DNA from: Candidatus Multivoradales bacterium
GTDB lineage: Bacteria; Acidobacteriota; Thermoanaerobaculia; Multivoradales; J023
DNA length: 64,000 nt
NCBI GenBank assembly: GCA_965248925.1
Contig: CBDFLE010000006.1
Location: 4,384,001-4,448,000, forward strand
Reading direction: 5' to 3'
Shown: piece after piece, positions 9,443 to 18,711 of the stretch
How positions within the stretch are numbered: position 1 is the first letter of the stretch
Layout: every line of letters begins with the position of its first letter
The notes under the pieces: model-generated
The model's database searches: none
The model's input: only the letters and a program-made list of their open reading frames with translations
Told to the model about the DNA's origin: nothing
Made by a program: the position numbers and the translations under genes

Positions 9443-9577
9443 TTTATATCCGCGGAATCACTTTAGCTCATGAATGGCAGATCATGCCGACGGGCAGGCT
9501 GCGTCTGGCATTCCGCGGTGCTGAGAGCGCCTACTGGGGTGCAATACGGGTCGGGGAGTGAGCCTTAGACGGGTGAT

Positions 9578-9810
9578 GGAGAGAAATAGGTGGGACACGA
9601 AGCGAAGACGTTACTTGCTCAGTCGCGTCAGAGGGAGATGGCATTAAGGGCTTCGAGAGAAAGTTCGCCTCCGCTCCGTGTCCCAAACACTGGCTTGAAA
9701 AGATCGAAAAGCAGGTAAGGACGGATGTTCTGACCGGTTGACCAGGGCCTTGCCGGCGCGCCAGTAGCGCCCGCGTTGGCCGTCCTGATGTCCTTATTTT
9801 GTGCTCACAC
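9578..9810 (-). ncRNA. Candidate ECF-sigma-dependent structured small RNA
   Basis: 20-bp stem 9591-9610 / 9666-9685 fully paired only on minus strand (3 G-U); second stem around 9716-9796; ECF-like promoter directly upstream; no credible ORF. Confidence 0.5.
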
Positions 9811-9816
9811 CCTCTA

Positions 9817-9844
9817 TAGGCGTCTGGCGGCGCGAAACGTTACA
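9817..9844 (-). promoter_or_regulatory. ECF sigma-type promoter
   Basis: Minus strand TGTAAC-N16-CGCCTA, preceded by an AT-rich tract. Confidence 0.55.
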
Positions 9845-9921
9845 AGGCAATTAGAATTTTTTTCACGAGGAGGGCTCGACGAGTCGCCGGGATCACCGGC
9901 CGTGGCCGATATAGTGGGCTA

Positions 9922-11112
9922 GTGAGCACCGAGAACCTCTCCCTCCGCCCCCTTGGCAGGCCGATCAGTCGTCGTGGTTTGTTGGGTGGAGGCTTGGCGG
10001 CGTTGGCCTCCTGGGGTTTGGGTCGCTGGGGTCGGCTGCTGGCCGAGCCGCCGATTGCTGGCGCTGTCTGGGTTGACGACCTTCCCTTTGAGGGGGAGTC
10101 GCGGGCGTCCTTGGGCGAGCTGCGCGGAGTAGGGCTGGATGCTCGACGCCTTTTCGACTTGGCTACTCTGCGCCGCGATCAGCTGGCAGCCGCCAGCGGT
10201 GAGTTCTTTGTCCGTACCGGCGTTCCGGACGGCTTGCGGCTTGAGTCTGATTGGCGGTTGGCGGTGGATGGCTTGGTCCAGCGGCCGCTGAGTCTCTCCA
10301 TCGATCAGCTCGGCGGGCTGGCGGTGGATCAAGGGGAGCGGTTGATCGAGTGTGCTGGTAACACTCGTTTTACCCGCTTTGGTTTGATTGGCAGCGCTCG
10401 CTGGCAGGGGGTGGCGGTCGCCGATTTGCTCGATCGCGCCGGGCCGAGTACCGCGGCACGGGCGTTGCGGGCCAGCGGTTTTGATGTTCACTCGCGGACC
10501 TCGACCAACTCGGCGGCGGGTTGCAGCTGGGTTTTCACCCTCGATCAGCTGCGCTCGGCGGGCGCTTTTATAGCGCTGCGAATGAATGACCAGCCGTTGC
10601 CGGCCGAGCACGGCTGGCCGCTGCGCTTGGTGGTGCCGGGGTGGTACGGCTGCTGCTCGGTCAAGTGGTTGCAGCGACTCGAGCTGGTCGCTGGCGATAG
10701 CCCCTCGACCGGCCATATGCGCGAGTTCGCCAGTCGCACTCACCAGGAAGGGGTGCCGCAGCGGGCGCTCGACTTCCGCCCGGCGCGGATCGATCCGGCG
10801 GCACTGCCGATCCGGGTGGAACGCTGGCGGGTGGGCGAGAACTGGCTCTACCGGGTGGTGGGCATTGCCTGGGGTGGGCCGCCGCCGAGCGGCACGCTAA
10901 AGATCCGCTTTGCTCCCCAGGACCGCTTGGTCTCCCTGGATCAGCCGCCGCCGAGTTGGACCGCTTCGGGATGGAGCCTCTGGTCGCACCTCTGGCGACC
11001 GCCGGCCGCCGGCCGCTACTTGATCGACCTGGCCTTTTCTCCGGCACCGCCGCGCGCCCCGAGAATGGCGATGGGGCATTACCTGCGCGGGGTGGTGGTG
11101 GCCGAGGTCTGA
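9922..11112 (+). CDS. Tat-exported molybdopterin oxidoreductase, sulfite oxidase family
   Basis: SRRGLL twin-arginine signal; FFVR, ECAGN, LPAEHGWPLRLVVPGWYG..SVKWL. Confidence 0.85.
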   Translation: MSTENLSLRPLGRPISRRGLLGGGLAALASWGLGRWGRLLAEPPIAGAVWVDDLPFEGESRASLGELRGVGLDARRLFDLATLRRDQLAAASGEFFVRTGVPDGLRLESDWRLAVDGLVQRPLSLSIDQLGGLAVDQGERLIECAGNTRFTRFGLIGSARWQGVAVADLLDRAGPSTAARALRASGFDVHSRTSTNSAAGCSWVFTLDQLRSAGAFIALRMNDQPLPAEHGWPLRLVVPGWYGCCSVKWLQRLELVAGDSPSTGHMREFASRTHQEGVPQRALDFRPARIDPAALPIRVERWRVGENWLYRVVGIAWGGPPPSGTLKIRFAPQDRLVSLDQPPPSWTASGWSLWSHLWRPPAAGRYLIDLAFSPAPPRAPRMAMGHYLRGVVVAEV

Positions 11113-11133
11113 GGGCTGCCTCTGGCTTGCAGC

Positions 11134-13041
11134 CTACTCTTGATCGTTGCTCCCCAGCACCACTCGGGCCCGCAGTCCGGGCCGGCGTAGGCGCACCTCT
11201 AGCTGGCGCAGGTCTGCCGGCGCCAGGTCGCGGTCGGCGTAGAAGCGCACCGTGTACTGGCTGCGCAGCTCGGCGTTGATCTCGGCGTAGGCCTGGCTCA
11301 GTTGATCGACCGAGTCGACAAAATACAACCTGCCGCCGGTCTCCGAAGTCAGCTTGCGCAGCTCGCGTTTGGGGTAGGTGCGGGGGATGTCGTCGAGCGC
11401 GCCGAGGCCGATGATGTAAACAGGAACGCCGGTCTTGCGCCCCATTTCGATGCCATTCTTGGGGCCGTAGCGACTGTCGCGATCATCGCCGTCAGAGAGC
11501 ACCACCAGGGCTTTGCGGCCCGGCTGCCGCTCGAACTGTAGCATTGAGAAGACCACCGCGTCGTACAGCGCGGTGGCGCCCTCGGGATTGAGCTGGCCGA
11601 GGCCGCGGATCAACTCACCCATGTCGCCGGTGATCGGCTGGCGCAGTCGCGGCTGTTGGTCGAAGTCGACCAAGAATGCCTGATCTTCGGGACGCAGGGT
11701 ATCGCTCAAGAAGCGGGCAGCGGCGCGTTGGGTGGCGGGCATGAGCAAACGCATGCTGCCTGAGGTGTCGATCACCAAGCCCATCAGCAAGGGAACATCG
11801 TCGGCGTAGGCCAGGCTGTCGAGGGTTCGTGGGCGATCGTCGAGCAGGATTTCGAACTCGTCCTGGCGCAGATCCTCGACCGGTGCGCCCATTTCATCGG
11901 TGACCACCAGACGGATCTCGACTAAGTTGACTTCCACCTCCTCGCCACCGGCGTCGCTGGCCAGCAAGACGACGTCGTCGATCGTGCGGCCGTCTGCCAA
12001 GTAGGCCGCTACCCGGATCCAATCGCTGGGTCCAGCGTTGGCGGTCGCTATCCGGGCGCGGAATGGGGGCTGGCTCAAAGTCTCGACCAATTGCTCGTTG
12101 CGATAGACCTCGACCCTGCTCAGCTGGCCGTCGGCGGGTACGGTAACTTCGACTTCGAGGTCGGTCTCGGCGCCGCCTGCCCGTGGCCGCAGATTGCGGA
12201 TCCACACCCGAAAAGGAGCGTCCAGGCGGTTGACTTCGAAGCTGTCCTTGCCCAGCAAAACCTCGCCACCACGGCCCCAAGCCTCGACTCGCACCTCTTG
12301 GGTTCGTGCTGGGCTGGCCAGATTCAAGCGCGCGTTGTAGGGGCGCAGGCGGTCCTCAGCTACCTGCTTGCCGTCGAGGAAGAAGATCACCCGGCGCACC
12401 TCTGGGCTTGAAATCAAAGTGTCGAAGCGGGTGCTGCCGGTGGCTGGCTGGCGCCGCGGCGGGATGATTCGCACCACCGTCTGGCGCTGCTGCTTGGCGC
12501 CAGGAGTCGCGGCGACGGTGATCTGGTACCAGGCCTTACCGGCGCCGTTGAGATGCACCGCCGCGCTGCCGGCGGAGTGCTGTCGGGCGTCGGCTTCCTC
12601 GACCTGCACCGCTGCCCAAGGACCGTCGCCGAGCTGTACCACGGCCAGCACTGACAGCACGTCCTCGGGCAGCTCGATCGCGGCGGAATAGACCATTTGG
12701 CCACCGCCAGTCGGCCGCAGCCGTTGGCGATGGGCGACCTGCAACGCCTCGCCGTTGTCGACCAGCAGGGCCAGGCACAGCTGGGAGGTAGCGGGGAGGG
12801 CGAATTCAAGCTCGACTCGGGCCAACCAGCGGCCCTGATCGAGGAGTGCTTCGTCGAGGAGGTAGCCAGCATTTAGGGGTAGTTGGCCGCTGGCCTCTCC
12901 TTGAAGAAGTTTGTCAGCGAGCTGCTCAGCTGGTCGACAATCAGCCGTGGCAGATGCTGAGCGCGGTGCGAAGGCCGCCAGGGCGATTGCCAACGTGAGG
13001 AGGACGAGTCTGGATAGAGAGAGCGACGGAGGGCTTGGCAT
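11134..13041 (-). CDS. Secreted VWA-domain protein with N-terminal Ig-like domains
   Basis: Signal peptide; Ig-like segments; intact MIDAS DTSGS, TALYDA, LSDGDD, ETGG; GAGG SD before ATG 13041. Confidence 0.8.
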   Translation of the reverse strand: MPSPPSLSLSRLVLLTLAIALAAFAPRSASATADCRPAEQLADKLLQGEASGQLPLNAGYLLDEALLDQGRWLARVELEFALPATSQLCLALLVDNGEALQVAHRQRLRPTGGGQMVYSAAIELPEDVLSVLAVVQLGDGPWAAVQVEEADARQHSAGSAAVHLNGAGKAWYQITVAATPGAKQQRQTVVRIIPPRRQPATGSTRFDTLISSPEVRRVIFFLDGKQVAEDRLRPYNARLNLASPARTQEVRVEAWGRGGEVLLGKDSFEVNRLDAPFRVWIRNLRPRAGGAETDLEVEVTVPADGQLSRVEVYRNEQLVETLSQPPFRARIATANAGPSDWIRVAAYLADGRTIDDVVLLASDAGGEEVEVNLVEIRLVVTDEMGAPVEDLRQDEFEILLDDRPRTLDSLAYADDVPLLMGLVIDTSGSMRLLMPATQRAAARFLSDTLRPEDQAFLVDFDQQPRLRQPITGDMGELIRGLGQLNPEGATALYDAVVFSMLQFERQPGRKALVVLSDGDDRDSRYGPKNGIEMGRKTGVPVYIIGLGALDDIPRTYPKRELRKLTSETGGRLYFVDSVDQLSQAYAEINAELRSQYTVRFYADRDLAPADLRQLEVRLRRPGLRARVVLGSNDQE

Positions 13042-13148
13042 GCGATCCTCATGAGTGGTGCGAGTTGGCAGGGCAGGGGGATTGCCAGTCGAGGACAATT
13101 TCTTGGGATTTCCGGAAGGAAAAGTGACCTGATGAGGTTGATTGCAGT

Positions 13149-14165
13149 ATGTCTTCCGATCCGCCAGCGGCGAATTCAGCATCTAGGATAGCGCGACTCG
13201 GTTTCCTGCGACGGCTCGCTCAAGGGGCGACGGCGCTTGCCGTCGTTTTTGGTTTGCCGTGGGCAGCGATCGGTCTGCAAGATGACTTGGCGGTCGTTGA
13301 CTCGCGAGTCGAGCAGTTGCAGGCGGTCTGGGCGGCGGCATCGGCGCCCTGTGCCGCAGCTGCCGAGCAACGATTGGCGGCGACTAGCGAAGCCGCGGTC
13401 AAGGCCCCCACCGAGAAGGCGGTTGCTCTCAAGCGCAGGCCGGCGCCGTACAAGACCGGCGAGTTGGCACTCTACGATGTGCGCTGGGGGTTATTAAAAG
13501 CTGGCGAGATCCGCCTCGAAGTGCTGCCGCAGGCACGGATCTCGGGTCGGCCGGCATGGCATTTTGCCGGCACGGCCGAGTCGTCGGCACTGGTGCGGGT
13601 GGTCTATCGGGCCGAGGATAGCTTCGACAGCTTGGTCGATCAGCAGAGCTTCTTGCCCGTTGGTCTGCACATCGAAGTTGACGAATCCGGTGAGCGCGGC
13701 GAGCGCTCGGTATTCTACGACCACCGGCAAGGCATCGCTCACTATCTGAAGGATCGCACCCGCCACAAGCATGGAGCGAAAACCACTTGCCGCAAGGATC
13801 CGATCGACGCGCAGGCTTTAGATGTGTTCGCTGCCCTCTATCGTCTGCGCACGGTAGAACTCGAGCCGGGCAAGACGATTTACCTGCCGGTGTACGACAA
13901 CGGCAAGAGCTGGAAGGCTCGCGTCGAAGTTCTCCCGCGGACGCAGATCAACACTGGCCTCGGCCGTCAGTCGGCGATTCCGCTGCTTATCTCCTCACAG
14001 ATCGAGGGCAAGCTGAATTCCAAGAAAGATCTCCGCATCTGGCTCAGTGACGACGAGCACCGGGTGATGCTGCGTTTCGAGGCCGCCCTGGCCTGGGGCA
14101 AACTGCGGGTCGGCCTACGCAGCTACCGGCCGGCGGCCGGTCAGCAGCTGCAGGGCCGTGGTTGA
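13149..14165 (+). CDS. DUF3108-family exported protein
   Basis: GELALYDVRWG..AG, IWLSDD..RV..RFE..L.WG pattern; N-terminal TM segment. Confidence 0.7.
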   Translation: MSSDPPAANSASRIARLGFLRRLAQGATALAVVFGLPWAAIGLQDDLAVVDSRVEQLQAVWAAASAPCAAAAEQRLAATSEAAVKAPTEKAVALKRRPAPYKTGELALYDVRWGLLKAGEIRLEVLPQARISGRPAWHFAGTAESSALVRVVYRAEDSFDSLVDQQSFLPVGLHIEVDESGERGERSVFYDHRQGIAHYLKDRTRHKHGAKTTCRKDPIDAQALDVFAALYRLRTVELEPGKTIYLPVYDNGKSWKARVEVLPRTQINTGLGRQSAIPLLISSQIEGKLNSKKDLRIWLSDDEHRVMLRFEAALAWGKLRVGLRSYRPAAGQQLQGRG

Positions 14166-14224
14166 CCGGCGACCCAGATCCACGATCTTCCCCCCGCGAG
14201 AATTCAAGACCACGGTTGTCTTTT

Positions 14225-14300
14225 GTAGGGGCGCCCAGCGTGCGCCCGGTTTGGCCAAGCGAGGTCGTTCTGCGGCGAGGCCACCGCCGTACGCCCCTAC
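14225..14300. repeat. Inverted pair of GTAG-type REP-like elements
   Basis: GTAGGGGCG at 14225 with internal GGGCGC/GCGCCC stem; CGCCCCTAC at 14292-14300. Confidence 0.5.
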
Positions 14301-14692
14301 GAGAGATCTTCGGGCCATTCAAAAGGGGCCGGGTGCAGCTCGCGCAACCGAAAGTGGCGTCGCACGCCGCTTAGATTGGCCACCTGGATCGGCAGGTCTT
14401 TGCAGAACTCGGTCAGTGATTCCAGGCACATGCCGCAGGGGGTAGCCGGGGGATCGGTGTCGGTGACCACGGCGATGGCGCGGAACTCGCGGTGCCCCTG
14501 CGCTACCGCCTGCACCAGCGCGGTTCGTTCGGCGCAAATAGCCAGGCCGAAAGAGCGGTTTTCGACATTGCAACCGGTGATGATGCTGCCATCCGGGAGC
14601 AGCAAGGCGGCGCCGACTTGGAAGCGGCTGTAGGGTGAATAGGAACGCTCGCGAGCTTGCCGAGCTGCCTCATGAAGTGCTTCCCAATCCAT
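14297..14692 (-). CDS. cdd: Cytidine deaminase (homotetrameric type)
   Basis: YSPYSRFQVGAA, GCNVEN, CAE, PCGMC zinc motifs. Confidence 0.95.
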   Translation of the reverse strand: MDWEALHEAARQARERSYSPYSRFQVGAALLLPDGSIITGCNVENRSFGLAICAERTALVQAVAQGHREFRAIAVVTDTDPPATPCGMCLESLTEFCKDLPIQVANLSGVRRHFRLRELHPAPFEWPEDLS

Positions 14693-14869
14693 TTTCCCAG
14701 TCTACCAGTCTGGCTCTATCCATAGGCTCTGGCCGCGCGGCCTAGCGGAGGCTGAGGCTCAGGCCTGTGATAGCGTGATGTCGATTCGACTTGCCTATCG
14801 ATACGCATTTCAAGCCCTTGGGTCGCCGCCTTCCATGGCTCGGCAGACCCACCTCCAGGAGGAGAAGAT

Positions 14870-16117
14870 ATGACTACTCAAGGGGATTTCTACAAGCCGC
14901 CGGCCGATGGCCAGGAGATTAGTTTTGGCGACAGCAGGCTAAATATTCCAGATCGTCCGATCCTGCCCTTCATCGAGGGCGATGGCATCGGTCCGGACAT
15001 CTGGCGAGCCACTCGGCGGGTACTCGATGCAGCGGTAGAGAAGAGCTACGGTGGCCAGCGTCGCCTGGCCTGGATGGAAGTGCTGGCTGGAGAGAAGGCG
15101 CAAGAGCATGCCGGTGAATGGCTGCCCGAGGCCACCTTCGAGGCTATCCGCCATTACCACGGGGCGATCAAAGGACCGCTGACCACGCCGGTGGGGGGTG
15201 GTTTCCGCAGTCTCAACGTTACCCTGCGTCAGGTGCTCGACCTGTATGCCTGCGTGCGGCCGGTGAAGCACTACCCGTTGGTGCCCTCGCCGGTGAAGAC
15301 GCCAGAGAGGGTCGACATGGTGCTGTTCCGCGAGAACACCGAAGATGTCTACTCGGGCATCGAGTGGCCATCGGGTAGTGACGAGGTCGGTCATCTGATC
15401 CGCTTCATGAAAGAAGAGCTGGGCAAGGATGTCAGGCCGGATAGCGGCATCGGCATCAAGCCGATCTCTCCCTTCGGCAGCAAACGGTTGGTGCGTAAGG
15501 CGATTGAGTTTGCTATCGCCGAGCAGCGTGACAGCGTCACTTTGGTGCACAAGGGCAACATCATGAAATTCACCGAGGGTGCGTTCAAAGATTGGGGCTA
15601 CGAGTTGGCGCGCGATGAGTTCGCCGAGCAGACGATCACCGAGGCAGAGGTTTGGGACCAGCACGGCGGCAAGGCACCCGCCGGCAAGGTGGTGATCAAG
15701 GACCGCATTGCCGACGCAATGTTCCAACAGGTCTTGCTGCGCCCCGCCGAGTACGAGGTGTTGGCCACTACCAACCTGAACGGCGACTATCTCTCAGATG
15801 CCTTGGCTGCCCAGGTTGGCGGTCTGGGGATGGCGCCGGGCTCTAACGAGAGTGACGACTTGGCGCTGTTCGAGGCGACCCACGGCACCGCTCCCAAATA
15901 TGCCGGGTTGGACAAAGTCAACCCGGGTTCGCTGATTCTCTCCGGCGTCATGTTGTTGCGCTGGTTGGGATGGCCAGAGGCGGCCAATTCGGTAGAGCAG
16001 GCGATCGGTGCCACCATCTCGCAGAAACGGGTCACCTACGATCTGGAAAGGCAGATGGATGGTGCTACTTTGCTCAAGACCTCGGAGTTTGGTGAGGCCA
16101 TCGTCGCCAATCTGTGA
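14870..16117 (+). CDS. icd: Isocitrate dehydrogenase (NADP, dimeric type)
   Basis: [54 protein letters not shown]. Confidence 0.97.
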   Translation: MTTQGDFYKPPADGQEISFGDSRLNIPDRPILPFIEGDGIGPDIWRATRRVLDAAVEKSYGGQRRLAWMEVLAGEKAQEHAGEWLPEATFEAIRHYHGAIKGPLTTPVGGGFRSLNVTLRQVLDLYACVRPVKHYPLVPSPVKTPERVDMVLFRENTEDVYSGIEWPSGSDEVGHLIRFMKEELGKDVRPDSGIGIKPISPFGSKRLVRKAIEFAIAEQRDSVTLVHKGNIMKFTEGAFKDWGYELARDEFAEQTITEAEVWDQHGGKAPAGKVVIKDRIADAMFQQVLLRPAEYEVLATTNLNGDYLSDALAAQVGGLGMAPGSNESDDLALFEATHGTAPKYAGLDKVNPGSLILSGVMLLRWLGWPEAANSVEQAIGATISQKRVTYDLERQMDGATLLKTSEFGEAIVANL

Positions 16118-16124
16118 GCTAAGT

Positions 16125-16150
16125 CGGCCGGGCGAAACATCGCCCGGCCG
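16125..16150 (+). terminator. Hairpin downstream of icd
   Basis: CGGCCGGGCGA-AACA-TCGCCCGGCCG perfect 11-bp stem; no clear U-tract. Confidence 0.6.
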
Positions 16151-16218
16151 TCGAGCGTAATTTCCTGGGAGGGGCACCGATTCCCTGGCCCTGGACACCT
16201 TAACGAGACCACCTACCA

Positions 16219-18636
16219 ATGTCTGCAAGAAACCGCCCACTTGTTTTATGGCTAGCCGTGTCGCTGGTCGGTGTGCTGCTGTTGTGGTTGGCCTTCCCCT
16301 ACGCCTTTCCGCTACTTTCCGACGATTGGCAAGTGACCCGTAGTGAAGCTCGCGCCATCGCCTTGGAGCGTTTGCGCGATCTCGGCGAGCCGATCGACAA
16401 CGCTTATGTGGTGGTCGAACTCGATGGCGACGGCTTGCTCGAGCGTCGTCTATTGGAAGAACTACCGGCAGTTGGCAATGAGGCGGTACGGTCGAGCTTG
16501 CTGGCCAAGGCACATCGCCGCTGGGAGGTGCGGGTCTACTCTCCGGGCGCCAGAGTGCGGGAGTGGGTATATCAATGTTTGGTAGCCTTCGATGGTGAGG
16601 TGCTGGCTCTCCGCCGTCGGTTGCCGCGGGCGGACGCCGAGGAAGCGATCGACGAGACCGACGCGATGGGTCAGGCGCTGACCTATCTACGGTCGCAGGG
16701 GATTGACCTTGGGGGGCTCGAACACGAGCCCAAGATCCTGCGTGACCAGCGGACCGAGCGTCGTGATCTGACCTTGCAATATCGGTTCAAGGACTCGGTG
16801 CTGGGGGCTGATCTGCCGCACGGTTGGGAGGTGTGGTTTACCGGCGATACTCTGGCTGGTTTCGGTCTTTGGTATGAGGATCCGAAGAGTGAGCAGTTGG
16901 GGGGCTTGTTTCGCCAGCTGCAGTTGATTAATTTCGGCCAGTACGGCATCGCCATCCTACTGCTGGTTCTAGTGACGATTCCTTTTCTCAAGCGCTATCA
17001 CGACGGTCAGCTGGGAGTGCGGCGCGGGGCTCAGCTGCTGCTGGCGGTGTTGGCCGCGGGGCTGGTCTTCGTCTTGCTATGCAGCCAGAGCATGTCCAGC
17101 GGCGCTAACGTTGGCTTTCTCACCCGCCGCCAAACCACCTGGTTCATCGGCACCTTTGTGGTGCTGACCCAGATGTTGATGTTGGGGATGCTGGCGCTGA
17201 CTTCGTGGTCGGTAGGCGAGTCTCTGTGTCGCGACCGCTGGCCGCAGAAGCTGGCTTCTTTCGACGCCTTGTTCCGGCTGCGGTGGGCGAATGCGACGGT
17301 AGCCCTGTCGTCGTTGCGCGGCATCGCCGGCGGCTTGTTGATGGCCGGCTTGCTGGTGGGTGGTGCCGCGTTGCTGCGGCGCGCCGGCGCCTGGATACCC
17401 AGCAGCATGGTGATGGGTATGGAACTTGGTACCGCGCTGCCGAGTCTGGCCCTGCTGAGCATTGTGCCGAGTTTCTTGTTGGCGCCGGCGATTTTCGTTT
17501 GTCTGTTGCTGCCGACCTGGGCGAGCGACCGACTCGGTGATGGGTTGGGCCTGGTTATCTCAGTGTTGGCAGCGGCGATCTTGCTGCCGATGTTCCTGAT
17601 TGCTCTGCCGTTGCAGTGGGGTTTTTTGGCGTGGGCGCTGGCGGCGGTGGTGCCGGTGCTGATCTTTCGCTACGGCGACTTGCTATCGGCGTTGCTGACG
17701 GTGCTATTCGCGGCTTTGACGCCGAGTGTTATGCCACTGCTCGGGGCCGTCGATCCGGCCATCCAGGTACATGGCTACGCCACTTTGCTGATCGCCGCCT
17801 TGCCGATGTTGTTGAGCTTGCGACGGCTGGGTAGTGACGACGAGTTCGTCTACTTTTACGACGATGTGCCGCCCCACGTGCGGCGAATTGCCGAGCGCGA
17901 GCGGCAGTCGGTCGAGTTGGAGACCGCGCGTCGCATCCAGAGTTCGATTTTGCCCCGGCTGCCACCCCAGCTCAACGGCGTGGAGATTGCTCACAGTTAC
18001 CTGCCGGCCTCAGAGGTGGGCGGGGATTTCTACGACGTGTTGGCGCTCGAGGACGGCCGCTTGGCGGTGGCGGTGGGTGATGTCGCGGGCCACGGAGTGT
18101 CTTCCGGATTGGTGATGTCGATGGCCAAGTCGGCGTTGGCGGTGCAGGTGAGCTTCAATCCGGAGATTGAGGCGGTGTTGGAAACCCTCAACCGCACCGT
18201 TTACCAGGGTGCCCGCCAACGCTTGCTAACCACCCTGTGCTATGCCCTGATCGATCCGGCCAGGAACGAGATGCTCTATGCCAGCGCCGGCCACCTATTC
18301 CCCTATCGGGTGTCGGCCAACGGTCAGGTCGAGCCCCTCGTGACCGCTTCTTACCCCCTCGGGGTGCGTGGCGAGATCGATGTGCAGGTCAAAAATGCCC
18401 GCCTCGAGGATGGTGACACCGTCTTTCTCTACAGCGACGGCCTGGTCGAAGCGACTCCGGAAGCTAGTGACGAGCCATTCGGCTTCACCCGCCTCGAAGC
18501 AAGTCTGGCGCGCCACGCCGGCATGGCGCCGGGGCAGCTGCGCGATGCAGTGCTGCTCGATGTCGAAGCCTTCACCGGCGCCCACCCCCGCGCCGACGAC
18601 TTGACCGTGCTGGTGCTGCGGCTGGGTGCCAACTGA
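16219..18636 (+). CDS. Multi-pass membrane PP2C/SpoIIE (RsbU-like) phosphatase
   Basis: C-terminal ELETARRIQ, VGGDFYD, GDVAGHG, YSDGLVE, DDLT; N-terminal extracytoplasmic domain and about 10 TM helices. Confidence 0.88.
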   Translation: MSARNRPLVLWLAVSLVGVLLLWLAFPYAFPLLSDDWQVTRSEARAIALERLRDLGEPIDNAYVVVELDGDGLLERRLLEELPAVGNEAVRSSLLAKAHRRWEVRVYSPGARVREWVYQCLVAFDGEVLALRRRLPRADAEEAIDETDAMGQALTYLRSQGIDLGGLEHEPKILRDQRTERRDLTLQYRFKDSVLGADLPHGWEVWFTGDTLAGFGLWYEDPKSEQLGGLFRQLQLINFGQYGIAILLLVLVTIPFLKRYHDGQLGVRRGAQLLLAVLAAGLVFVLLCSQSMSSGANVGFLTRRQTTWFIGTFVVLTQMLMLGMLALTSWSVGESLCRDRWPQKLASFDALFRLRWANATVALSSLRGIAGGLLMAGLLVGGAALLRRAGAWIPSSMVMGMELGTALPSLALLSIVPSFLLAPAIFVCLLLPTWASDRLGDGLGLVISVLAAAILLPMFLIALPLQWGFLAWALAAVVPVLIFRYGDLLSALLTVLFAALTPSVMPLLGAVDPAIQVHGYATLLIAALPMLLSLRRLGSDDEFVYFYDDVPPHVRRIAERERQSVELETARRIQSSILPRLPPQLNGVEIAHSYLPASEVGGDFYDVLALEDGRLAVAVGDVAGHGVSSGLVMSMAKSALAVQVSFNPEIEAVLETLNRTVYQGARQRLLTTLCYALIDPARNEMLYASAGHLFPYRVSANGQVEPLVTASYPLGVRGEIDVQVKNARLEDGDTVFLYSDGLVEATPEASDEPFGFTRLEASLARHAGMAPGQLRDAVLLDVEAFTGAHPRADDLTVLVLRLGAN

Positions 18637-18711
18637 TCGGCTGTCCAGGTGGCCGTTGTCGCTAGCGACCAGCGCTCGGGTTGCTCTTGGCGGTACAGTA
18701 GACTGAAGGCA

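Noticed and set aside
9505-9523. CTGGCATTCCGCGGTGCT as a sigma-54 promoter
   Set aside because: GG to GC spacing is 11 nt rather than the required 10
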